Shown one piece after another: positions 53,616-64,000 of a stretch of DNA of 64,000 bases; positions within the stretch are counted from its first letter, which is position 1, and the number at the start of each line of letters is the position of its first letter. The notes beneath the pieces were generated by a model. It was not told the origin of the DNA. It saw only the letters and a program-made list of their open reading frames with translations, and made no database searches. The translations under genes were made by a program, and so were the position numbers. Source of the DNA: Azolla caroliniana (taxonomy: Eukaryota; Plantae; Polypodiophyta); the NCBI GenBank assembly GCA_043228905.1, contig JBHGNT010000006.1:6014001-6078000 (forward strand), in the 5' to 3' direction.

Positions 53616-55475
53616 ATTTGTTGACTAAGCCAAACAAACGAATGAATCCTAATTATCCTTGGAGCGATGAGTCCACACACTAAACATTCTACAGTCTTAA
53701 GACCAAGTGAAGCTAAATATGGATATAGCACTGATTCCAAATACAATTGACTTATTTTCATCTTTCATTCTCGGAACCATACTGATTTTGGTAGTGTCTA
53801 CTGTCAAGACCACTGTGGTAAATGTGAGTATTTTTTGGAGTGTAAAGACCACAGTGCAGTAAATGTGAGTCTATAGATATAACTATTTGTGTAAGTTGAA
53901 CCAAAAGATGATAGAATTTGATGTCCCTTCTTTGATGCAAATGCAAACACCAAATTTAATTATGAGATTGTCGAGATTGTCATCTATTTACATCCGTGTA
54001 CTAACTATTTGGTTAGTTTTAATATATGTGCTATGAAATAAATTCAATGTGCTTATTGTGTTATTATCATTCTGACTGACATGTTTGTCTAAAATATTTC
54101 ATATCTAAATCTAAAATAATGTGGTGGAGAAGTTGGTACTCTTAACAACCTACATAACATCTTACATTGCCCTTAATGTTAAATGTATATATATGTATAT
54201 AGTCACGCATTTTGATATTTTGATGACTGTTAATCCATGTTGATAAGTGTGTTTTGGGATCACCATGAAATGCATAATTAATCTAAGAATCAGAGCCTTG
54301 AGCATAATAATGTTTCATGTTCAAGCCAAACCTTTCCGATAACAAAATAATACATAGGTTATTTATTATGATCGAGCTAAAATCCTTACAATAATAAAAT
54401 ATTTCATATGTTACACAAAATTCTTCCAAAAATTAAATAATCGATATGTTACTCTAACGGGAAACTCACTAACACTTATACAAATGGGGACAACTTAGAG
54501 ATAATGAACTGACATTATATTTGTCAATGATGATCCCATAGCTGTCATGTCCAATCACCTTTATGTATGATCGACCCTTATCAGCTTAATGCCAAACGTT
54601 TCTAATTTGAAACATGATGATAATCATCTTTGTAGTCAATTTGATTGTAGGGAACTCAAAAAGTACTTGTTTCAAGGTTCCCCTTGGTTAGGTTACTCGA
54701 AGACAAAATGGACATTAAAGACACGAGAGGGTTAGACATGTTTGTTAAATGCCTATTCCCTCATGATTAGTTAGGGTTTGGTCTCACCATCCAGGAGTAT
54801 GAAGGTGCTTCTTTGGGGAGCTTTTCCTCAATGTGCTAGCCAAAAATTGTTTAAATGAAGATATTCGGCTTCGACTAGTGTGCACAATTTGTGTTGCGAT
54901 ATGTTAAGAATCAATTGAATATAAATGTGCTCGATGTGTGGAGCCTTGGTAGAGGAGGAGTATATATAATAATATACCAATTGCACTCGGTGCACGAAGC
55001 GCCCCAAGCGCAAAAGTATACCACGACCGTAATGCCGAGCTCGTTATTTGGGCAATCAAAATGGGCTCTTTGATTGGGAAGGCATTTATACAAAAGGGGA
55101 ATGTGGGGGGGGGTTCCGGCAGAAACATTCTTGCAAAAGAGACAGGGAGGGGAATATGAAAAGAAGAACATCCCATGGGAACTCCCCTTAAAGGGACGAT
55201 GATCAAAGACGAATGAATGGTGGCCAGCTAGATAGTGTCAGTCATTAAGGACACAAGAGCCATTAAACAGTAGAGCAGAAAACGTAAAACAACTGATATT
55301 ATTATGAATAAATATGCCATTAGCAAAAGTTATATATACTGTAGTCTGTATATATATATATATATATATTATTATGAATAAATGATAAATCCCATTCACA
55401 GTTATTATTCTGAGAAGATGGCCCCGGATCATCCACGTTGAACGGACGGACCCGGTGACGGACGTTAACGTCGCA

Positions 55476-57263
55476 ATGACGGCGAGCCAACACTCCGTCG
55501 CATTCTCCGTCTTCTTCTTCTTCGCCGCCGTCCTTCTGCTCTGCGCCTCTCTCCCGCCGCCGTCAATGGCCGGCGCCACAGACGGCGCTCCACGGCGTGG
55601 GGGCTGGAGTGTACGCGTGAAGCTCCACCGGATCACCTCCACCCCAACGTCGAAGGCCGTCAGGGATAGCGGCGCGCTGGACAGGCCTAGCGGCGACACA
55701 GGCTCCTCCGGTGGGGTGATGGAGGCGCTGAAGGGAGCAAGAGCGAGAGACAGCCACCGAATGGAAGGCATGGTAAGGAAGCAGATGAACAGAGCTCGAC
55801 AGGTCATATTCAACACGTCAGGTAGCAGTGCAAGGTCTGCACATAGCTCGACGGAAGCAGATGATGAACGGGGCGATCACAGCCACCGCCACGATGAAGC
55901 GAATGTGATGAGGAGCCGCATTCGGTCGGGAGAGAGTTCCGGCATCGGTCAATATCTCGTGGATCTAAGCCTCGGATCGCCGCCGCAACGTCTATCCTTC
56001 ATTCTGGACACAGGTAGCGACCTCACATGGGTGAAATGCGCAGGCGACATGAAGCAAAGCAGGCTGGCAAGCAAAGGCGAGTTCCATTCTTCTGAATCTT
56101 CGTCTGCTTCTGTTTCTGTTTCTGCTTCTGCGTCGCCGCCTTCTTCTCCTGATACAGGAGCGTTCGTGGCGGGGCTTTCATCCAGTTACAGGGCGGTGTC
56201 GTGCGTCTCGCCGTGGTGTTGGCTGGTTCCGCCGCCTCTGTGGTGGTCGTGCGACTCGGGAGCGCCGGGGAGCTGCGAGTACGAGTACGAGTACGCGGAC
56301 GGGTCGAGCACAGTGGGGAATCTTGCAGAGGAGGTGGTCACTCTGAGCAGCGATGGCGATGGCGATGGCGAAGGAGGAGGCGCGTTGGGGGTTAGGGTTA
56401 GGGTTAGGGTTGCCGATATAGTGTTGGGGTGTGCGTTACATGAGGCAGGCCAAAGCTTGAATGTAGGGGGGTCATCGGGAGTGTTGGGATTGGGGCGGGG
56501 TCTGCTCTCCTTCCCGTCCCAACTGCCGCCGCCGCCCATTGGAGACAAAGACAACAACAATCACCACTCCTTCCAACGTTTCTCCTACTGCTTCATGGAT
56601 TTCTTCCACCCCACCAATTCTACTACTACTACTACTACTACTGCTACCCACGGAAGCTACCTTCAATTCGGCCTGCCACCGCCAGCCCCATCATTTACAC
56701 TGCATTACACACCCCTCCTCACCAACCCTGTCATGGAAGGCTTGAGCTATTACTACGTGGGTGTCCACAACGTGACCGTGTCCGGCCACCCCGTCCCCGA
56801 CATAGACGAGCGCGTTTGGTCCATGGACGAACTCGGCCACGGCGGCACCATCATCGACACAGGAACCACCCTCACTTACTTGCCTCGCCCTGCCTATCAG
56901 CCCATCTTGGAGGAGATCATAGCCGCCTTGCTCTCCCTAGGCTTGGAGCTAACCAATGTGCCGGAGGAGGAGGATGGGTTCGGGTCCGAGGCTTGCTTTA
57001 ATTCGAGTGCTTCGCCGGCTTGGGTGCTGCGCCTACCAAAGCTCGGGATTTGCTTCAAAGGTGCCGATGCTTGCTTCGAGCCTCCGCCCGAGAATTATTT
57101 CCTTGAGGCGGCGGTCAACGTCCGTTGCCTCGGCATTCTGCCTGTCGAGTCACCTTTCGGAATGGCCGTGCTCGGAAACCTCTTCCAACAAAATTTCCTC
57201 ATTGAAATGGACACCCATGCCATGAGAATGGGTTTCTCCCCTGCCCATTGCATCCTCACTTAA
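55476..57263 (+). CDS. Atypical A1 (nepenthesin/NANA-like) aspartic protease, 595 aa, intronless
   Basis: Signal peptide (VFFFFAAVLLLCASLP); GQYLVDLSLGSPPQ; catalytic DTGSDLTW and IIDTGTT; Cys-rich insert; CEYEYEYADGS; GVLGLGRG.LSF.SQL; FSYC; VLGNLFQQNFLIE.D...MGF....C. Confidence 0.93.
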   Translation: MTASQHSVAFSVFFFFAAVLLLCASLPPPSMAGATDGAPRRGGWSVRVKLHRITSTPTSKAVRDSGALDRPSGDTGSSGGVMEALKGARARDSHRMEGMVRKQMNRARQVIFNTSGSSARSAHSSTEADDERGDHSHRHDEANVMRSRIRSGESSGIGQYLVDLSLGSPPQRLSFILDTGSDLTWVKCAGDMKQSRLASKGEFHSSESSSASVSVSASASPPSSPDTGAFVAGLSSSYRAVSCVSPWCWLVPPPLWWSCDSGAPGSCEYEYEYADGSSTVGNLAEEVVTLSSDGDGDGEGGGALGVRVRVRVADIVLGCALHEAGQSLNVGGSSGVLGLGRGLLSFPSQLPPPPIGDKDNNNHHSFQRFSYCFMDFFHPTNSTTTTTTTATHGSYLQFGLPPPAPSFTLHYTPLLTNPVMEGLSYYYVGVHNVTVSGHPVPDIDERVWSMDELGHGGTIIDTGTTLTYLPRPAYQPILEEIIAALLSLGLELTNVPEEEDGFGSEACFNSSASPAWVLRLPKLGICFKGADACFEPPPENYFLEAAVNVRCLGILPVESPFGMAVLGNLFQQNFLIEMDTHAMRMGFSPAHCILT

Positions 57264-60047
57264 TCTTTAACAAAATGAAACAAATATCAACGGAAACAAA
57301 AAAAGAAAGACAAACGAGGACATTTTGCCTTTTGTGTATTATTTGTTTGAAGTTAAAAGGCCAAGAGGTGGAAGTTTGGAACATCGTGAAACATATGGTG
57401 GTTGTGTCTTTGTTGTAACTTGTGGTCTTAGAATTTGGAGAATTGCTTAGAAAAGGTGAATTTTGTATACTTGTTCCCTTGTAATTTTTGAATGATGCTT
57501 ATAGAAAAAGTGTGACTCATTCACTTTGCAAGGTGTATTTTTTATACGTTTCTCACCAAGATGAGTTCTTGTGATCTTCAACAAGTTCCCTTCTTTGATA
57601 CACTTTGTCAGGGCCCCAAATAATTGATGGTCATTATCTCTATAATACTGCGTGTGTGTCGATGGGCAATAAGATTGCCTTGTTGTTAATCTCATTGCCA
57701 ATTGGCATCCTAACAAGTAATCTCATATTTGAGTCTTCAGCCCATCAATATTTTTTGCCTATCCAATGTTATTTCTTTGCCATATTATTTAAAATGTTTG
57801 TGCCAAATTGGTTGATTCCTCCAAAACTCTATTGGCTTGATTTTCATCTAGGTTCATCCTAATTACTAGTACAAGTTTAGTTGTGTATATACACATTCAT
57901 CAACAATTTTATGCTATCTCCATTGGCTAAGAGTTCTATTTATATATGTTCATGAATATGTCAAATTTATCAGTGGGTATGGTGTACTATGTGATGTAAA
58001 GCTCAATGAAGAGGTTATATTATTACGCGGTTATAATTTTATGGCAGATTTGGGTAGGATCACCCTTCAGTTTAAATTGTAAGAGAAATTACATTGTGGT
58101 TAATATTGCTTCAAATTTGCTTGGAGATTATTCACATGTACCAATACCACCAATGCATTAAGGCTATGGGATAAAAGTCCTAGGAATCATAAAAGGAGGG
58201 TTTATTTGTTGTTAACATATTGAAGGGTAAACCATGTATGATAAAAAAAAGTTCCATGTTCGGTTGTGTGTTAGTGACATAGGGAAAAACTTGGTCTTGG
58301 TGTCATTCACCTAGCAATATACAATTTACATCAATGTTTTGCAACACTACCTACATATTGTTGTTGAAGTATCCCTTACGTTCTTACGTTCTAGAAAATA
58401 CATTTTAAGTTTTTTGAAAAATAATAAGTCCATGGTAAAACCCACACATAAAATTGGTGTGGCTAGAGATAATGAGAAAAAACTCAATGTTGTGAACCGG
58501 TAGTCATCTTGGTCATTATATGTAAAATATCTTCATCTTGGCCATTATATGTAAAATATTATTTGGAAATGTATCTAGCCAATGATTATTTTGTTGCTAT
58601 ATTCATTCATAGCTTGTGTACATATTAGAGTATCACACTCTTAAGAGGAAGGAAGAAACCCATTTGATTTTTCAATAGACGCCCAATGATGACATACCTA
58701 TGAGATTCCAACTTCTAGGGATAGAGGAATTTGGACCCCGTGACTAAGGTCACTAGAGCCTAAATTTGGCATGTCTATCAATTCCATCGTACCCACACAT
58801 CAACTCTATCCTTTATATCTTTATCATTGCAATATCTCACATACGTTGATATAGTAAATGATGTACTTTTGTTTATTGTTGTACACTTCCTTTATAAACA
58901 ACTAATGGACACAAATGTTGATGTTTGTTCAAATGATAATTTTTTTGTACCAAGGTACCAATGATGACATGATACACAGAAAAATAAAACTTTTGACAAT
59001 AAATGGTCTCCTACTTCTCATTGAATAAAAATACACTTTACATTTGTGCAGCTTGACTTGTAGTGTGAATCTAACTATGATTTATGTACATGAATTTTTG
59101 TTGGTTCTACTCAACCATTATATACAAAGAGAGTAGACTATTATGATAGGGAAGACTCAAAGTTAGCATCCCAAGCATGAATAGTGTGGACATCATGATC
59201 TTATTGAATTTGTTGATCATTATTAGCAACATTTTCAATTGCAATGGCAACAAAGGGGCATGGCCAAGCAAGAAAATTAGGGACATCATTTCCGGGCATC
59301 ACGACCGTAAACATGCTCATGCTTTGATCATCGATCTGTTCCACCAATACATTAATTCAAATAGTTAGGAGGATGGATTTACATAGATCAACTCAATTAG
59401 TTAGCCTTAATGCCATATGGTGTTTTCCATATAGAAAGACCTTACTTTACCTCGTGTTTCTCTACATTATGAACTAAGAGAGGAACCATATATCTAACAA
59501 GATGCAATTGTGTTGGAGGGATGATTGAGTTCAACGTTATTGTGAGCATCTATCTGTGAATTGAAGGGGAACATGGCGCTTCTAGTTACCTTCTTATCAT
59601 GGAGGCTTGACTTATGTTGAGACTGTGATTATGGCTCTTGTTAGCAAAGCATGTGCGATCCTCACAGAACCCAAGGTAGACTCACATCAATCCTCTATGG
59701 TATGGGACATTGAGGAGGTTTGTGTCTGTTTGATGACGTTACTAGGGGTGCACTTCCTCTCATGTTTCCCTAGAATGCTCAACATTACGAGCATTTGTGC
59801 ATGTATTTAGATGTGATTGGAGATAAGGGATTACTAGCCCATAAGATCTCATTTTTCCTCATGTTTCTTTTGAGTTTCTTTAGGTGATAAAAGAATGCTT
59901 ATGTAGATGCAATGGGGAGATCGACCCCATGTCTAGGCCACACCTAATCAATTATGTGGAGCTTGATACAAGGAAGCTCATTATATAACACTTGGTATGC
60001 TCATTGTGAGAATCATACCATCCAACAAATTGTCCATTAAAAAATTC

Positions 60048-60422
60048 TTACAAACTTTTCATTAAAGATGGAAAGTAGAGGTATGAGTAGATGACCTTAA
60101 TGTTACTATCAAATAGTTCATGTAATTTGCGAGCATGGGAGGAGGTGGAGGCATTTTGTATGTATGTTGCTAGAAAGTCAATTGTGGAGGCGTCGTGTGT
60201 TCTTATATACACTCGATGATGTTCTTCCATTGAAATGTTAGAGGATGGGTTAATATGAGTTGTAGTAGTACTATAAGTGTTTGTACATGTAGACATCATT
60301 TTCCGGCAATGGTAGCATAGAGATATGCAAAAAGAGAGTGTTGCGCTAATGACTAAGAAGAGAGCTACGCCCACAGTAAAGTTGAGATGAGGTGTTGAAT
60401 AACTAGTTACATAGTTCCCCAT
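60048..60422 (-). pseudogene. Possible degenerate ATL/RING-H2-type N-terminal fragment (single TM segment)
   Basis: Hydrophobic FTVGVALFLVISATLSFCISLCYHCRK is followed by a weakly GLD-like LFDSNIKVIYSYLY. No intact RING domain was found downstream. Confidence 0.25.
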
Positions 60423-61075
60423 ATAACTGCCTAGTGTAACCCCCTCTCTCTTTGTATCACACTCTCTCAATGCTCTTTCTCTCGTTGATTTCTCCACTCT
60501 CTTATATTTATACATACATGTTTACAATACTTGCTTGCACCCTCATATTGTCTCGAATCTAACACTATTCATTTATTAGTATTGTTACATTAGAGATTGC
60601 CAAGGGGACAACTTCCCTTCTATAGCCATGAACAAGTCATTATTACTATTACTATACTAGATGGGAAAAGATATCCCCCCTATTCTCATAACCTTTGGTT
60701 CATACGAGCCTTCACTTTTTTTTTGTTCCATTTAAACCTTTCCCTCTCCTTTTCCCAACCCCCTCTAATGTATAAAGTTAAGTGATTTGATGTCCCTTGT
60801 CCCCGCCTTCCTTTTTTTGTGGGTGTTGCATTTGTTCATAGGCATATCCAAAAAAGATATGTGACTTCATTTTAAAGGAGATTAACAGTAAAACCAAATA
60901 GAGCCTCTAAATGCTATCAATATTGTCTTTTGTATAGAGTCCGCTCCTTTTCTGCCCTTGTAATCATGAACGAATACTTCTCACAGTTCGATCTCATCAT
61001 ATCCAACACAATTTCGTTCCCCTACATTGAATATAATTATTCTTTGCTGCCCTCCTTTAAAGATTAATACATCAA

Positions 61076-61436
61076 GTGGTAAGCTCTACATTAAAAATTA
61101 GTAAATAAAATGATGCTTTCTGATTTAAAGATATTCAAGTCTAACAAGATGTTTTTCAAACATATTTATGCACGAGCGCGATATTGAAGCTAAATGATGA
61201 AGCATATGTTCAAAGGAAAAATAGGAAGAAGTGGGATGCATATTAATGGGAAATGAAGTGGTAAGCTCTCCATTAAAAATTAGTAAATAAAATGATCTTG
61301 CTGATTTAAAGATATTGAAGTCTAACAAGATGTTTTTCGATCACATTTATGGACGAGGGATGTATGGAAGCCAAATGGTGAAGCACGTGTTCAAAGGAAA
61401 AATAGGAAGAAAAGGGATGCATATGAATGGGAGATG
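61076..61436. repeat. ~180-bp tandem duplication
   Basis: GTGGTAAGCTCT.CATTAAAAATTAGTAAATAAAATGAT...GTTCAAAGGAAAAATAGGAAGAA..GGGATGCATAT occurs twice. Confidence 0.9.
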
Positions 61437-61929
61437 GGGGGGTTACTTTGAAATATGTATACAAATATATCGTATGAGTTTAATAGAAGATAATTTTAGA
61501 AATGCCATTATACATATTTATTTTACATGCAAAGTGAGCATGTATTTACACATGGAAGAGAAAGTGTATATTATATAATTCACTCAAAATGTACTGAAAG
61601 ATGATTTAAAACTATGCCTTATGCAATAGGGAGGTTCCAAGGGTTTACAGGAACGAGGGATGTTTGAAAATAGAAATAGAGGCAATGGAGGTTAAACACG
61701 CACATGGTGCAAGCATTAAGGACCAATTGTGGTGACCTCTAACAAGTGAACATGCCAATGCTTATTTATTAACATGATGTTGAGTTATAGAACCATTAGG
61801 TGGAAATTGGTCATTAATAGCATAATAAAGTTGATGAAGCATCTTGAATGGGGGAAGATAATGGCATGGTAAAATATAAGTAACAATGAATATAGGGTGG
61901 TGGTATTTGGCCATTGATGGTTGTTTGTG

Positions 61930-62745
61930 TTGTTTGATGAGTGTTTGTCAAGAACATTGTTCATCCGTGACAGTGTGCTTGGTTAAGATGTTTGATAATA
62001 TTTTCTTAAAAGATATTGTATCTTGGAACACCGTGATCGATGGCTTTGTACATAATGGATACAATTGTAGAGCTTTGGAATTATTGGAAAGGTTGGAGAA
62101 AGAGAGCATAATGCTTCAACTAGATGAATTTGGGAATGCTTTGTTGACATGTATGCCAAATGTGATGATTTGGAAAAAGCTCGTCTAGTGTTTGATGAAC
62201 TTCCTAGTCAAGATTTAGCCTCATGGAATTGGATATGCATGCCAAATGTGGTCAAGTAGAAAAAGCATAGAAAGTGCTCAAGGGGCTTCCGGTTTGGGAT
62301 GTGGCTTCTTGGTATGCACTAATTTTAGGATATTATATATGTTTTTATTTGATATGTATGTAAAAAATGGTATCTTAACACAAGCACAAGTAACACAAGC
62401 ACAAGAACTGTTTGACAAACATCCAATCCAAAGTGTAGGTTTGTGGATTGTATATATCTGGATATGTTGAACATGAACATGATGATGAAGATTGATTTGT
62501 TTCGAGCATATGCAAATTCATGGTATGTCTCATCTATAACTTAATGTGGGCAAATTTCTCTCTGACATATAGATTTTGGCAATACATTAGTAGATATGTA
62601 TGCTAAATGTAGGTCACTTGCCGAGCCATAGGTAGTATTTAACATGCTTTCAGTCCAAGAACATGTCTCTTGGAATGCACTGATTGCAAGAGATGTTGAG
62701 AATGGGAAATTTGAGGAAGTGCTCAATCAAGTCTATCAAATGAAG
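61930..62745 (+). pseudogene. PLS-class PPR pseudogene fragment
   Basis: PPR motifs in several frames, broken by frameshifts and stops: FDNIFLKDIVSWNTVIDGFVHNG..ALEL; LGNALVDMYAKCDDLEKARLVFDELPSQDLASWN; FGNTLVDMYAKCRSLAEP*VVFNML..VSWNALIA. Confidence 0.85.
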
Positions 62746-63187
62746 GATTCATGGCTAGCCATTGTCTTACACAAGATGGGCTTGGGAAGGATAATCGCTT
62801 CCTTTCCATCTATTTTGTATTTTGTAGCAGATATGTCTTTTAAAACTAATGGAAGGATATGTTTTTTTTGAAAAAAAGAAAAAGAAAAAGAAGAGTTGTG
62901 CAAGTAAGTTATCTTCGATTAACTTATCTTTATGGTATTCTTCTTTTCCCTGTATCTCAAAGAGCCACCCCTCCCTTTTCCCAAAGTAATTCAGAAAACT
63001 TTCGTATTCTCAAGGAAATACGTCCCTTCCAGCTCAACTACATAGGTACAAAAGGATTTACCTACGTAGCTTTGTTCAAAAGGATTTTAAGTCAACCCCA
63101 ACCCACTTTCACAACTCTTCTAATTGATACTTGTGAATGGTCATGTTCCCCATGGAAAAACATTGACTATGATCCTATTCATCTATA

Positions 63188-63768
63188 TGTTGGGAAAACA
63201 GGTCCCTCCGGATGGGAAGAGTACGAATAAGATGGGATCAATGGGTAATTCGGCCGCGGTCGAAAACGAAAATAGATTATATAACCGATTCGGGAGACTA
63301 TACTTGTAAATACTCTAAATGTGCCCTATGTGGGCTATATCTATAAATAGCCCAAGAGTTAGATAAGTATAAAGATAACTAGGGCAAACTTTATGTAAGT
63401 GAGTCGAGTTGTCTTGTTCGGAGTGTAGCAGGGAGTAACCGAGTGTTGTGCCTGTGTGTGAGGTCGTTGCCTCCATAGCTAGAAAAGACGAAGTGTGTGA
63501 GTGTGAGTGAGACATTGTAAGTGCCTATGTTGTAACTGCGAGTCGGCGAAGTAAATGAACTCAGGTCGGTGCCCGTGTGTTAGTGTCGTTGTACATCTTT
63601 CTTATAGCAATTTGTTTGGTGTATGTGGCACCCGTGGTTTTTACCCTATTTGGGGTTTTCCACGATATATCTTGTGCACCCCTTTTCGTTGTGTTTTTTC
63701 TTTCGATTCCACTTGATTTCCTATTCCGCATTCGACTTGGTTGTGGCCAAGTTCCTATTTTTCTTACA
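63188..63768 (+). mobile_element. Copia-type solo LTR, 581 bp
   Basis: TGTT...TTACA termini with flanks CTATA / TTATA (near-perfect 5-bp TSD). Internal TATA box CTATAAATAG at 63341. CCCGTGGTTTTT..GGGGTTTTCCACG motif typical of Tnt1-like LTRs. Confidence 0.8.
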
Positions 63769-64000
63769 TTATATGATGGAGTTTAATACTTATGGATGTT
63801 ATTATGAAGACATAGATTGAGAAGAGCACTCGTGATTGACTTTCTTTCAAGTTTATTTTTATTTTTATTTCCACCACAGTCGATTTATATAAATGTGCAT
63901 CAAATGTTGACATTAGCTTAGGGATGGACCATGGTGAGATGAGTTGAACTCCTCATTTGAGGAGTGTGTTAATGAACTTTGCTCTTCTTGAGCCATTTTT

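Noticed and set aside
55238-55816. 192-aa minus-strand ORF
   Set aside because: Antisense shadow of the GC-rich protease CDS.

Overview
This is AT-rich nuclear genomic DNA from a land plant. It is probably a seed-free plant such as a fern; this is inferred from the seed-free-type 5S rRNA fragment and the fern-like PLS-PPR remnant. Eight intact protein-coding genes can be built by hand with GT-AG introns: ERdj3B-type DnaJ (-), RPL7/uL30 (+), an intronless 1702-aa ISE2-like protein (-), VEP1/PRISE progesterone 5beta-reductase (+), a filament-like plant protein (+), a SKIP15-like F-box protein (+), a type-II prohibitin (+) and a GC-rich A1 aspartic protease (+). The window also holds a PLS-PPR pseudogene, LINE fragments, two related copia-type LTRs, a hAT MITE with an 8-bp TSD and many local tandem duplications. 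The most unusual object is the 1702-aa ORF. It has a predicted plastid transit peptide, an FYR domain normally found in nuclear chromatin proteins, a long acidic tract, and a full ISE2/Ski2-like helicase body with degenerate catalytic motifs (DEVH to DKFH, SAT to TLP). It is therefore a candidate chimeric, retroposed plastid pseudo-helicase. Next is a 5S-rRNA-derived, partially tandem element in prohibitin intron 1 that does not fit canonical Cassandra. All family assignments come from recalled motifs, not database searches.
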